Source: Candidatus Thorarchaeota archaeon
Lineage (GTDB): Archaea > Asgardarchaeota > Thorarchaeia > Thorarchaeales > Thorarchaeaceae
Assembly: GCA_020348985.1 (NCBI GenBank)
Contig: CP070761.1
Span: 947,713 to 1,011,712, forward strand
DNA length: 64,000 nucleotides
Direction: 5' to 3'
Shown here: piece by piece, positions 28,421 to 37,965 of the stretch
How positions within the stretch are numbered: the first letter of the stretch is position 1
Layout: every line of letters begins with the position of its first letter
Position numbers and translations under genes: made by a program
The notes under the pieces: generated by a model
Told to the model about the DNA's origin: nothing
The model's database searches: none
The model's input: the letters and a program-made list of their open reading frames with translations, nothing else

Positions 28421-28807
28421 ATGACAAAGAAAACGAGTTCAAAATCCCCAAGGAAGCAGAGACGTAGTATACACAAATCTCCACTTCATACACACAAATC
28501 GATGCTAAGGTGTCGACTTGACGAGTTTCTACGTGAGGAGTACGGTCTTCGAAACATCGTCATAAAGAAAGGCGACTTGGTACGAGTCATGAGAGGCCAG
28601 TTCAGAGACACTGAGGGCAAGGTAATCCGCGTTGACTACCAGAAGGTTCGAGTCTATTTGGATAGCGCCACAACCACGAAAGCGGACGGAAAAGAAGTTC
28701 AGGTTCCCGTCCATCCTTCAAACCTCATGCTTGTCAAACTAGAACTAGACGACGAAAGGAAGGCCATCCTTGAGGATAGGATGGTCCAGATTGCAGAGGG
28801 TGAGTGA
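28421..28807 (+). CDS. rpl24: 50S ribosomal protein uL24
   Basis: KGDLVRVMRGQF, VHPSNL. Confidence 0.95.
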   Translation: MTKKTSSKSPRKQRRSIHKSPLHTHKSMLRCRLDEFLREEYGLRNIVIKKGDLVRVMRGQFRDTEGKVIRVDYQKVRVYLDSATTTKADGKEVQVPVHPSNLMLVKLELDDERKAILEDRMVQIAEGE

Positions 28808-28808
28808 G

Positions 28809-29561
28809 ATGGCAAGAAGAGGTCAAAAGAAGCATCTGAAGAGACTGCCGGCACCAAGACATTGGCCAATAAAGAGGAAATGGGGCAAGTTCGCGACCCG
28901 TGTTATTCCCGGACCGCACCCCAAGGAGCATTCCCTGACTCTAGCGATTCTTCTCAGAGAAGTGCTAGGTCATGCAGAGAACCTTCGCGAAGTCAAGGCA
29001 ATTCTGACAGAGGGCCAAGTGTCCGTCGACGGCCGCATAAGAAAGGATCCGCGATATCCGATTGGACTCATGGATATTGTTGAGATCAAGAACTCTGAGG
29101 AGAAGTACAGACTTCTGCCTCAGAAGGGTGGCGGGCTGCGTCTCGTAGCGGTTGATGACGCAGAGACCAAGTACAAGCTCTGTAGAATCGAAAGAAAGCA
29201 AATGGTCCCCGGAGGACGTTTACAGCTAACACTTCATGATGGCAGAAACATCTTGATTCCGAAGGATGGCAATCCTAGTGATTACAAAACTCTTGACACA
29301 CTCCAAGTTTCACTACCAGATCAGAAGTTGATGGCTACGATTCCTTTGGAAAATGGCGTATATGCCGTGGTTACTAGAGGACGTAACATAGGCATTGAGG
29401 GCAAGGTCCTAGAGATTGCAAAGCGTTTTGGAACTCATGCAAGTACCGTTACTATTGAAGATCCAGAAGGCAATAGATTCCAGACCGCCCTTGACTACGT
29501 CTTTGCAGTAGGGAAGAGGAAGTCGAAAGTTTCCCTTCATTCAGCTGGAGGTGCCGAATAG
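28809..29561 (+). CDS. rps4e: 30S ribosomal protein eS4
   Basis: KHLKRLPAP, PGPH, YPIGLMD, LHDGRN. Confidence 0.96.
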   Translation: MARRGQKKHLKRLPAPRHWPIKRKWGKFATRVIPGPHPKEHSLTLAILLREVLGHAENLREVKAILTEGQVSVDGRIRKDPRYPIGLMDIVEIKNSEEKYRLLPQKGGGLRLVAVDDAETKYKLCRIERKQMVPGGRLQLTLHDGRNILIPKDGNPSDYKTLDTLQVSLPDQKLMATIPLENGVYAVVTRGRNIGIEGKVLEIAKRFGTHASTVTIEDPEGNRFQTALDYVFAVGKRKSKVSLHSAGGAE

Positions 29562-30136
29562 TGAGTGCACCAAACGAGCAGCTGTTCATTGACGACTGGA
29601 ACGCGTTTCCCATGAGACAGCCATACGTTTCGAAGGTTGTGGTAGATATGTGCACTGGCGGCGGGGAGCAGCTTGGTCGGGCTGGAACAGTCCTTGAGCA
29701 GCTCACTGGTCAGACCCCTGTCCAGTCGAAGGCGCGTCAGACAATCAGAGACTTTGGCATTCGTAGAAAGGAGCCGATAGCTGTCAGAGTGACTCTTAGA
29801 CATGGCCGGGCAGCGGAGTTTCTTGAGAAGGCGCTTGAGGCAAAAGAGAATGTGCTACTGATTAAGAACTGGGATGATGATGGAAACTTCGCATTTGGAA
29901 TCAAAGAGCATATCGACATTCCTGGCGTCAAGTACGATCCAGAGCTAGGGATCCAGGGCATGAACATCACAGTCTGTGTTGAGCGACCAGGATTCAGAGT
30001 GAAGCGAAGAAGAAAGCAGAGAAGCAAGGTGCCGTACCGACATAGGATCACTCCAGAAGAGAGTATGGTCTTCATCAGGAAAAAGTTCGGCATCGAGATT
30101 CTGGAAAAGGAAAGGGAGAGGACCTATCTCTTCTAG
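29561..30136 (+). CDS. rpl5: 50S ribosomal protein uL5
   Basis: TGQTPV..KARQTIRDFGIR, GNFAFGIKEHID. Confidence 0.96.
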   Translation: MSAPNEQLFIDDWNAFPMRQPYVSKVVVDMCTGGGEQLGRAGTVLEQLTGQTPVQSKARQTIRDFGIRRKEPIAVRVTLRHGRAAEFLEKALEAKENVLLIKNWDDDGNFAFGIKEHIDIPGVKYDPELGIQGMNITVCVERPGFRVKRRRKQRSKVPYRHRITPEESMVFIRKKFGIEILEKERERTYLF

Positions 30137-30145
30137 AGGTGACAT

Positions 30146-30319
30146 ATGATGAGTACAAAACGAGAACGCGGCAAGAAGCGAAAGAGGATGGGCAAGGGTA
30201 GTCGGGTCTGCGTTCGTTGCGGCACACATCAGGCAATCATCCGCTCATACGGACTCTACATGTGTCGTCGATGCTTCAGAGAAACTGCAGAGAAACTAGG
30301 ATTCCGCAAGTATGGATGA
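30146..30319 (+). CDS. rps14: 30S ribosomal protein uS14 (zinc-binding)
   Basis: Manual translation ...[11 protein letters not shown]...[23 protein letters not shown]. Confidence 0.95.
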   Translation: MMSTKRERGKKRKRMGKGSRVCVRCGTHQAIIRSYGLYMCRRCFRETAEKLGFRKYG

Positions 30320-30336
30320 GGAGGCTGAAAAAGAGA

Positions 30337-30729
30337 ATGACACTATTAGATCCATTGGCCGATGCAATGTCTAGCATATATAACAGTGAACTGGTCGGAA
30401 AACCAGAAGTTGTGATTTCACCGGCCTCAAGTCTCATTGAGAGAGTCCTTCATGTGATGCAATCAAAGGGCTATATTGGAGAATATGAGAAGATTGATGA
30501 TGGAAGATCAGGCAGATTCCGGATTCAGCTCATGGGTAGAACCAACAAATGTGGTGTGATCAAGCCGCGGTTCCCAGTTAGAAGAGATGGCTTCGAGAAG
30601 TATGAGAAGAGATTCCTTCCTGCGTTCAACTTTGGGATATTGATTGTAACTACACCTGAAGGCGTGATGACTCACGAAGATGCCAAGTCCAAAGGGATCG
30701 GAGGACGGCTGCTTGCGTACGTATACTGA
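30337..30729 (+). CDS. rps8: 30S ribosomal protein uS8
   Basis: [31 protein letters not shown]. Confidence 0.96.
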   Translation: MTLLDPLADAMSSIYNSELVGKPEVVISPASSLIERVLHVMQSKGYIGEYEKIDDGRSGRFRIQLMGRTNKCGVIKPRFPVRRDGFEKYEKRFLPAFNFGILIVTTPEGVMTHEDAKSKGIGGRLLAYVY

Positions 30730-30740
30730 GGGATTCAAAA

Positions 30741-31304
30741 ATGTCTACAGACTATATCTACGAACAGCAAATCACAATTCCTGAAGACTGTCAGCTGATA
30801 TTGGAAGACAAGACAATCACCGTTAGTGGACCTAAGGGATCGCTCGCACGGACATTCCCAGAACCTCAGACAACTATCAGGCTCGAAGACAAGGAACTGA
30901 TAGTGACCACGAACATCAAACGCAAGAAAGCCCGAGCCCTTGTCGGAACTGTAGTTGCGCATGTCCGCAACATGTTCATCGGCGTGCAGCATGGATACAA
31001 GTATGAGATGAAGATTGTCTATAGCCACTTTCCGATCACGATCGAAGTTCAGGACAAGGAAGTCATCATCAAGAATTTCATTGGTGAAAGAGGTCTTCGC
31101 AGAGCAAGGGTGATTGGTGATGTTAGCATTGAGACAACAGAAGATGAAGTCATCATCAGTGGTATTGACATCGAACACGTGTCACAAACTGCAGCCAATA
31201 TCCAACTCGCTACAAAGATCAGGGACAAGGACAGGCGTGTCTTCCTGGATGGTATCTATGTAATTAGGAAAACGAAGGGAGAGTCTGTTAAGAGCATAGT
31301 GTAG
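30741..31304 (+). CDS. rpl6: 50S ribosomal protein uL6
   Basis: GPKGSL, YSHFPI, DRRVFLDGIYV. Confidence 0.96.
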   Translation: MSTDYIYEQQITIPEDCQLILEDKTITVSGPKGSLARTFPEPQTTIRLEDKELIVTTNIKRKKARALVGTVVAHVRNMFIGVQHGYKYEMKIVYSHFPITIEVQDKEVIIKNFIGERGLRRARVIGDVSIETTEDEVIISGIDIEHVSQTAANIQLATKIRDKDRRVFLDGIYVIRKTKGESVKSIV

Positions 31305-31315
31305 GAGGCTCCAAT

Positions 31316-32128
31316 ATGTCAAAGAAACCGCAACTCTCGGATGTGCCCGGAATCGGTGCAAAGATGGAAGAGAAGCTTAGGGATGCAGGAGTGAAGACAG
31401 TAAGCGCGCTTTCCAAAGCAAAGGCAGAAAAATTGGCCGCAAAGGTCGATGGACTTAGTGAATCTGGAGCAACGAAGATAATCGCTGCGGCCTCGGAACT
31501 CGTTTCGCCTCCAGCACCAGCCAAGGAAAAGCCAAAGAAGAAACCCACTCCCAAGAAAGCTGAGGCCAAGCCTAAGACGAAGCCAAAAGAACCAGCAAAG
31601 AAGAAAGCACCTCCGAAGAAGAAAGAGAAGGTCGAACCAAAGAAAGCTGTCAAGAAGAAAGACGAGCCATTGACAAGGGATACACATGTTGACACTCGTT
31701 TGTGGAGTGTTGCACAAGCCAAGAGGCGTAAGCAGCCCAAGTTCCGTCATGAACAGGCCCATCGGTGGATCAGAGTAAGCAACTCCTGGCGCAAAGTGAG
31801 AGGTATTGACAGTGCCACACGAGAGAAGAAGAAGGGTCGTCCAGCAATGGTCTCAACAGGCTATCGTAAGCCGAGAGCAGTTAGAGGAATTCATCCATCC
31901 AGATATGTTGAGATCCTCGTACACAGACCTGAAGACTTGGAGGGTCTTGACCCTGAACTACATGCTATAAGGATTGGAGGAAAAGTGGGTCTCAGGAAGA
32001 GACAGGCAATAATGCAGGTTGCAGATTCTATGTTTCTCAGAGTCCTGAATCCGGGAGTTCCTGAGACAATCGAGGAAGAGGAGCTGTTCGCAGATCTTGA
32101 GGGAATTGAAGACCTGGAGGCAGACTAG
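31316..32128 (+). CDS. rpl32e: 50S ribosomal protein eL32 with N-terminal HhH domain and Pro/Ala/Lys linker
   Basis: VPGIGAK HhH motif; C-terminal WRKVRGIDS, GYRKP, RGIHPS, RVLN. Confidence 0.93.
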   Translation: MSKKPQLSDVPGIGAKMEEKLRDAGVKTVSALSKAKAEKLAAKVDGLSESGATKIIAAASELVSPPAPAKEKPKKKPTPKKAEAKPKTKPKEPAKKKAPPKKKEKVEPKKAVKKKDEPLTRDTHVDTRLWSVAQAKRRKQPKFRHEQAHRWIRVSNSWRKVRGIDSATREKKKGRPAMVSTGYRKPRAVRGIHPSRYVEILVHRPEDLEGLDPELHAIRIGGKVGLRKRQAIMQVADSMFLRVLNPGVPETIEEEELFADLEGIEDLEAD

Positions 32129-32131
32129 AAG

Positions 32132-32581
32132 ATGAAGCTCACAACACAGAAACGCCTCGCAGCAAGAGTAATGAAAGTTGGAACCTCAAGAGTCTGGATT
32201 GACCCGGAATTTGAGGACGAGGTATCCTTGGCAATAACCAAGGATGACATCAGACGACTTGTCGACGAAGGGGCAATACAGGCCAAGGCAAAGACAGGTG
32301 TAAGTCGAGGTCGAGCTCGTCATAAGATGAGACAGAAGCGGAAAGGTCTCAGAAAGGGACTAGGCAAGAAGAAGGGCAAGCATACCTCGAAGCTATCCTC
32401 GAAAGACAGATGGATGATGAAGATTCGCCCTATGCGAAAGGAGCTCAAGCGTCTTCGAGATGAAGGTAAGATAACCCGAAGAGTGTACAGAGACTTGTAC
32501 CTGAAGGCAAAGGGTAACGCATTCAGAAACACTGCGCATCTCAGAACTTACATTGCAGAACGCAGACTGGGGGTGTCCTAG
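32132..32581 (+). CDS. rpl19e: 50S ribosomal protein eL19
   Basis: QKRLAA, RVWIDP, LYLKAKGN. Confidence 0.96.
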   Translation: MKLTTQKRLAARVMKVGTSRVWIDPEFEDEVSLAITKDDIRRLVDEGAIQAKAKTGVSRGRARHKMRQKRKGLRKGLGKKKGKHTSKLSSKDRWMMKIRPMRKELKRLRDEGKITRRVYRDLYLKAKGNAFRNTAHLRTYIAERRLGVS

Positions 32582-33328
32582 ATGGCACAGGGTCCAACAT
32601 ACAAGGTCAAATTCAGACGTCGTCGTGAAGGCAAGACGAACTACTATAGAAGGAGAAGACTCCTCCTTTCAAGGACGCCAAGGCTAGTGATTAGGAAGAC
32701 TAACACTGCAACGATTGTTCAAGTCATTGAAGCACAGGTCATAGGAGATGTCACCCTGGCTGCTGCGAAATCGACGGAGCTGATTTCACACGGATGGAAT
32801 GCGGGAACTGGCAATATGCCTGCCGCATACCTGACCGGGCTCCTAGCGGGCAGGAGAGCAAAACAGAACGGTGTCTCTGAGTCGATACTCGATATCGGAC
32901 TTAACCCTCCTGTCAGAGGATCAAGAGTCTATGCAGCTCTCGGGGGTGTATTGGATTCTGGATTGGAGGTGCCGCATGATCCTGAAGTGATTCCAGATGA
33001 TGAAAGAGTATCTGGAAAGCACATAGTAGAGGCGTTCAAGCACTTCCAAGAGAACAAGTCCAACCCGAGCCAGTTCGCAAGTCTTGGGAAGAAGAAGACA
33101 ACCATCACTTCGATACCCAAGCAATTCGAGGCCACAAAGAAGTCAATTCTGGCCTTGACGGAGACAGGACTGAAGAAATCCAAACTACCAGCTGCTGCGA
33201 AGAAACCCAAGAAGAAGGCACCGAGGGAGAGACCGGAAGTCAGACCACCGAGGGCTGTACCTAGAAAACCAAAACCGAAGAAGCTGATATCTCGAGGGAG
33301 AGGTAAGAAAGGCAAGAGGAGACGATGA
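32582..33328 (+). CDS. rpl18: 50S ribosomal protein uL18 with basic C-terminal extension
   Basis: FRRRREGKTNY, AAYLTGLL, LDIGL. Confidence 0.96.
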   Translation: MAQGPTYKVKFRRRREGKTNYYRRRRLLLSRTPRLVIRKTNTATIVQVIEAQVIGDVTLAAAKSTELISHGWNAGTGNMPAAYLTGLLAGRRAKQNGVSESILDIGLNPPVRGSRVYAALGGVLDSGLEVPHDPEVIPDDERVSGKHIVEAFKHFQENKSNPSQFASLGKKKTTITSIPKQFEATKKSILALTETGLKKSKLPAAAKKPKKKAPRERPEVRPPRAVPRKPKPKKLISRGRGKKGKRRR

Positions 33329-34015
33329 TTGATGAGTGCTAGGAGGCAGAGAGGGCGCAGACCGCCACGACCCGAGCATAGTCCTCTGGATGATTGGGTA
33401 CCAAAGACCCATCTTGGCAGACTTGTGAAAGAGGGTCACTTGAACAGTCTTGAAGAAATCCTATTGGGAAACCACAACATTAGAGAGTCAGAGATTGTTG
33501 ATATGTTGTTCCCCGAACTACGTCAAGAAGTGGTTGATGTCACTCTTGTACAGAGGCAGTCCGACAGTGGTCAGCAGAAGAGCTTCCGAATAACTGTCGT
33601 GGTAGGTAACGGCGAGGGAGTCATTGGCATAGGAATGGGCAAGGCCGCAGAGTTCGTGCCAGCAATCAGAGCGGCTGAGGCTCGTGCGAAGATGAACATC
33701 TCGATGTTCAGAAGAGGATGTGGTTCTTGGGAATGCCGATGTCACGATCCACATAGCATTCCATTCCAAGTTATGGGAACCTCAGGTTCAGTCACTGTTA
33801 CATTGAAACCTGCGCCCAAAGGAACAGGGCTTGTGACCGCTGATGTGGCGAAGACTGTGCTTCGCATAGCCGGACTAAATGATGTCTGGTCGATAACAAA
33901 GGGACGATCACGAAGCTCGTCAAACTTTGCCAAGGCGACCGTGGAAGCACTGATGGAAACATACAGAATGCTGCCGCCACAAGACTGGCAGTCTTCAGGA
34001 GTCGATCTACCATGA
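33329..34015 (+). CDS. rps5: 30S ribosomal protein uS5
   Basis: WVPKTHLGRLV, RGCGSWEC, PAPKGTGLV. Confidence 0.96.
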   Translation: MMSARRQRGRRPPRPEHSPLDDWVPKTHLGRLVKEGHLNSLEEILLGNHNIRESEIVDMLFPELRQEVVDVTLVQRQSDSGQQKSFRITVVVGNGEGVIGIGMGKAAEFVPAIRAAEARAKMNISMFRRGCGSWECRCHDPHSIPFQVMGTSGSVTVTLKPAPKGTGLVTADVAKTVLRIAGLNDVWSITKGRSRSSSNFAKATVEALMETYRMLPPQDWQSSGVDLP

Positions 34016-34494
34016 GTAGCGAAGAGAAAGTGATTCTGGCAATACGCGTTAGAGGTCAAGTGAGAGTGCGTCCCCAGATAGAGGACACTCTCGATAAGTT
34101 GCTGCTGGTCAGGCTCCACCATGCAAGGGTCTTGCGAATGACCCCAAGCCTTCAGGGCATGATTACAAAAGCCAAGGACTACATCACATGGGGAGAAATT
34201 GACGAGGAGACTGCGACGATTCTCCTAACCAAGCGAGGAAGACTGCCCGGAAACAGGCGGTTGACTGATGACTACATTAAGAGTAACTCGAGCTTCAAGT
34301 CAATCAAATCCTTTGCCAAAGCCTTAGCTGCGGGAGAAGCAAGCACTTCTGATGTCGAGGGATTGAAACCAATCTTCCGACTTACACCCCCATCCAAGGG
34401 CTTCAAAGGAAAACGCAACCTACCTGTCGGGATGGGTGGGATTACTGGATACAGAGGTAGCGAGATTAATGGTCTTGCTGTGAGAATGGTTTAG
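34012..34494 (+). CDS. rpl30: 50S ribosomal protein uL30
   Basis: AIRVRG, KDYITWGE, FRLTPP, GYRG. Confidence 0.95.
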   Translation: MSSEEKVILAIRVRGQVRVRPQIEDTLDKLLLVRLHHARVLRMTPSLQGMITKAKDYITWGEIDEETATILLTKRGRLPGNRRLTDDYIKSNSSFKSIKSFAKALAAGEASTSDVEGLKPIFRLTPPSKGFKGKRNLPVGMGGITGYRGSEINGLAVRMV

Positions 34495-34508
34495 AGTGTG
34501 TGTAAGAC

Positions 34509-35045
34509 ATGAGCTGGGATGATCCTGAAGAAAGAAGAAAGGAATTCCGCCGCTGGTTCGGTGACTTTCTACCTGATTCACTCTTTCGTGAAATAGAAGA
34601 AATGATGGAACGTATGATGAGCCAGATGGGCGAAGATGGCTTCTTCGATCCTGAAGCAATTAGAGAGTTCATGGAGAACCCTCAAAACACTAGTCCGTTC
34701 CTGTTTGGTTTCCGTGTTCAGATAGGATCTGATGGAAAACCAACAATCCAGCGGTTCGGTAACCCAGGTCCCGAATCCATTGGGGAAGACGTGCCTCCAG
34801 TGGTTGAGCCATTGGTGGACGTGTTCGATGAGGAAGACGAGGTAATTGTGGTGGCAGATCTTCCTGGCGTCGGTCGGAACGAGATTGGCGTCAAGATCAA
34901 GGGCGAGAAACTTACAATTCATGTTGAAAATCCGGATAGACCCTATCACAAAGAAATCAGGCTGCCGGCCAAGGTAGTCAAGGACGAAGCAACATCATCT
35001 CTCAGAAACGGAGTTCTGGAGATTAGACTGAGAAAAGCAGTTTAG
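34509..35045 (+). CDS. hsp20: Archaeal small heat shock protein Hsp20
   Basis: PFLFGF..IGSDGKP.I..FGN, EPLVDV, ADLPGV, NGVLEI. Confidence 0.93.
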   Translation: MSWDDPEERRKEFRRWFGDFLPDSLFREIEEMMERMMSQMGEDGFFDPEAIREFMENPQNTSPFLFGFRVQIGSDGKPTIQRFGNPGPESIGEDVPPVVEPLVDVFDEEDEVIVVADLPGVGRNEIGVKIKGEKLTIHVENPDRPYHKEIRLPAKVVKDEATSSLRNGVLEIRLRKAV

Positions 35046-35059
35046 AGGAGCGACCAACG

Positions 35060-35509
35060 ATGCAGAAGAGACCGAAGAAGAAATCCAGCAAGATGCGGGG
35101 ACGAAGGGCAATGGGATATGGCTTTAGTGCCGGTCATAGAGCCTCAGGACAGAGAGGCGGCAAAGGAAGAGCTGGAACAAAGAAGCACCACTACGTCAAG
35201 ACAATCTTGGAAGACCCGGACTACTTTGGAAAACACGGGTTCAAACGACCACAGAAGATTATCGAAGAACCAACTGCTGTCAACGTGGGTGACCTCGATG
35301 CTGCTGCTGACAGACTTGCAGAAAGAGGCCTTGCAGTAAAAAGTGGGAAGAAATACACCATAGATATTACCAAGCTCGGGTTCGACAAGATACTGGGTTC
35401 GGGCAAGGTCACTAAGAAATTGGATCTAACTGGTGTCAAGGCCATTACTGATAGGGCAAGGGAGAAGATTACAGAGAAGGGCGGCACCGTCGACCTTCCC
35501 GCAGAGTAG
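35060..35509 (+). CDS. rpl15: 50S ribosomal protein uL15
   Basis: RGGKGRAG, YFGKHGF, KILGSG. Confidence 0.95.
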   Translation: MQKRPKKKSSKMRGRRAMGYGFSAGHRASGQRGGKGRAGTKKHHYVKTILEDPDYFGKHGFKRPQKIIEEPTAVNVGDLDAAADRLAERGLAVKSGKKYTIDITKLGFDKILGSGKVTKKLDLTGVKAITDRAREKITEKGGTVDLPAE

Positions 35510-35693
35510 ACACTTCTCTGCCAAGTGAGCGGCTGCTCCTCTGACTAGTACAGATGCTCTACATTGCTTACGATTATCACCATTTTGGACAATAACATTG
35601 GGTGGTTTGGGCGGCAGGAAGCAGACCACTAGCTTTAAAGGTTGAACCCCGCTCGAACGCGAGAAAACCAACCCCTTGGAGACTTTGGGTCAA

Positions 35694-37190
35694 ATGCCAA
35701 GTATGTTTCTGAGAGCACTATCCCCTCTTGTCAGAGTGATGCCAGAGGTCAAGGCTCCAGACCGTGAGATTTCATTTCGCGAGAAGATCATATGGACTCT
35801 CATAATCTTGGTCTTGTTCCTCGTAATGTCACATATGCCCCTCTACGGTGTCGATCCCGCAACAGGAACCGACTACCTTTGGGCGATGCGAGTTATCCTC
35901 GCGAGCACACGGGGCACGTTGATGGAACTGGGGATAGGACCCATAGTCACTGCAGGACTGGTAATGCAGCTTCTGTCAGGCTCAAAGATAATCGATGTAG
36001 ACTTTAGTGATCCTGAGGACAGGTCACTGTTCACTGGTGGTCAGAAAGTCCTTGCAATGATAATGACTGCCTTCCAGGCTTTCGCATACATTGTGGGTAA
36101 TGCCTATGGCCCGCTTCCACCGGCCATGCAGGTCATCATCTGGTTCCAGCTATTTGTGTCCGGAATGATTGTCATCTTGATGGACGAGCTAATCCAGAAA
36201 GGATGGGGACTTGGTTCAGGCGTTTCTCTGTTCATCATGACAAATGTCGCAGGTCAAGTCATGTTCAACATGCTCAACATCACTGAGGTTGAGACTGTGG
36301 CCCCAGTAGGATACGCTCTTGCATCTACAAACCTGCCTAAAGGCATTATAGCAGCAATGATTGCCAATCTCCTGAGAGCGTTCGGAGTTGGTGAAGAACC
36401 ACCTGTTGATGTTGCTTGGCTATTCATACGTAATGGATTCGATCCCAGTGTTCTGGCGTTGATAGTGACGTTTCTCATATTCTTCGGAGTCCTCTGGATG
36501 GAGTCAGTTAGAGTTGAGATACCGCTTCAGTATGCGAAGTACAGAGGCATGAGAGCTAGGTATCCCATTAAGCTGCTGTATACTTCGAACATTCCAGTAA
36601 TACTTGCACAAGCTCTGTATGCCAACATCCTGTTCTTTGGGCAGATCATTTTCAATGCGTGGAATCCTGGTGCCAACAATCCGTTTCTCAATTGGCTGGG
36701 AGTCTTCGAGCAAGACCCAGATTCAGCAAGGATGATAGCCGTCTCGGGGCTGGCGCGGTATATTACGCCGCCGCAAGGAATCTTCTCCTTAATCCGCGAG
36801 GATGATTTTCTGATACATGTTATCATCTACTCAGCTCTGATGATCCTCCTTTGTTGGGGTTTCTCGAAGATATGGGTGGAAATATCAGGAATAGCCCCGC
36901 GCGATGTCTCACGCCAACTCCTGAATTCGGGGTACATCGTCCCAGGATTTCGCCGAAGTGAGAAGGTTCTGGAACGCCTCTTAGAAAGATACATCCCCGT
37001 GGTGGCCGGGTTGGGTGGCTTCCTAGTTGGAGTCCTAGCCGCGGCCGCAGACGTAATGGGGGCCCTAGCTTCAGGTACAGGAATACTGCTCATGGTCAGC
37101 ATAATAAAACAATACTATGAACAGATTGCCAAAGAGCAACTCGCGCAAATGGGTGGAGAAGGCGTCCAAGGATTGCTTGGGATTATCTAA
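35694..37190 (+). CDS. secY: Preprotein translocase SecY/Sec61alpha
   Basis: GTLMELGIGPIVTAGL, KGWGLGSGVSLFI, YPIKLLYTSNIP, SGTGILL. Confidence 0.97.
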   Translation: MPSMFLRALSPLVRVMPEVKAPDREISFREKIIWTLIILVLFLVMSHMPLYGVDPATGTDYLWAMRVILASTRGTLMELGIGPIVTAGLVMQLLSGSKIIDVDFSDPEDRSLFTGGQKVLAMIMTAFQAFAYIVGNAYGPLPPAMQVIIWFQLFVSGMIVILMDELIQKGWGLGSGVSLFIMTNVAGQVMFNMLNITEVETVAPVGYALASTNLPKGIIAAMIANLLRAFGVGEEPPVDVAWLFIRNGFDPSVLALIVTFLIFFGVLWMESVRVEIPLQYAKYRGMRARYPIKLLYTSNIPVILAQALYANILFFGQIIFNAWNPGANNPFLNWLGVFEQDPDSARMIAVSGLARYITPPQGIFSLIREDDFLIHVIIYSALMILLCWGFSKIWVEISGIAPRDVSRQLLNSGYIVPGFRRSEKVLERLLERYIPVVAGLGGFLVGVLAAAADVMGALASGTGILLMVSIIKQYYEQIAKEQLAQMGGEGVQGLLGII

Positions 37191-37321
37191 TCCTAGAAAA
37201 GAGGGACTCGGACAGAGTTCCTCTCTGACTTTCTTTTGGCACACAATAAACTTCGACATTGGCTCTAACCACCATCTCTGCTGCGGACGAATTCACAAAA
37301 TCTCCTTGAATAGGGACGTCG

Positions 37322-37495
37322 TCAGTAGACGCCCCACCTTCCATTCCCCGAGCAAACCACTCTGACTTCACATGTCCTTTCAAGATTAGCAGCATAAGCT
37401 CTTTCTGAAGACGAGTTGGTCAGCACCTTCGACAGCTTGAAGCGGCCTATACGGTTCTCTATTGACTTGGAAAGCTTGATGAGTTTGGCCGCCAT
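37322..37495 (-). CDS. Small hypothetical protein (57 aa), possibly truncated by TGA
   Basis: MAAKLIKL...EVRVVCSGNGRWGVY*; the frame stays open for 18 more codons to TAG at 37265-37267. Confidence 0.45.
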   Translation of the reverse strand: MAAKLIKLSKSIENRIGRFKLSKVLTNSSSERAYAANLERTCEVRVVCSGNGRWGVY

Positions 37496-37574
37496 TGCCC
37501 TCACAAATATATTGGCACTGTGAAGTAATAGCGACTTCGCTATTTAGGTCCCTGCTGTCTTGAGAATCTGACAA

Positions 37575-37721
37575 CTATTTTGTCTCTTCTTGCTTAGGCG
37601 TCTTGCTCCAGAATGCCCTCCATCTGCCCCTTCCAACTTGCACGAAATAGAACTCGATAGTCTCCTCTGTGATATCGTCGACCACGTTCTCAACTATGGA
37701 ATACTCAACCGCCTTAGCCAG
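37575..37721 (-). CDS. Small hypothetical protein (48 aa), paralog-like to its neighbour
   Basis: CTG-start ORF xAKAVEYSIVENVVDDITEETIEFYFVQVGRGRWRAFWSKTPKQEETK with GGAG upstream. Confidence 0.35.
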   Translation of the reverse strand: MAKAVEYSIVENVVDDITEETIEFYFVQVGRGRWRAFWSKTPKQEETK

Positions 37722-37965
37722 ATTGTTTCAGCTCCATTCCAAGCTCAGGTGATTTCTTAGTTCATGCAAGTAGATTATCTATCTTTGTCAATCTGTGACT
37801 TATAGAATATGCACGGAATCAATCGGAAGCGACCGATTTCCGAAAAGCTTGTCTCCAAAATGCGCTGCCTTGAGATGTTATTGCGGACCCTTCATTCAGA
37901 ACTGTTTTATAACCTCACCTGAGAGGAGAACGATGCTTAAGCATATAATTCCACGGTGAAAACCA

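Noticed and set aside
31500-31670. AAG-rich repetitive DNA
   Set aside because: Explained by the Lys/Pro/Ala linker of eL32; it is not a CRISPR array or tandem repeat.
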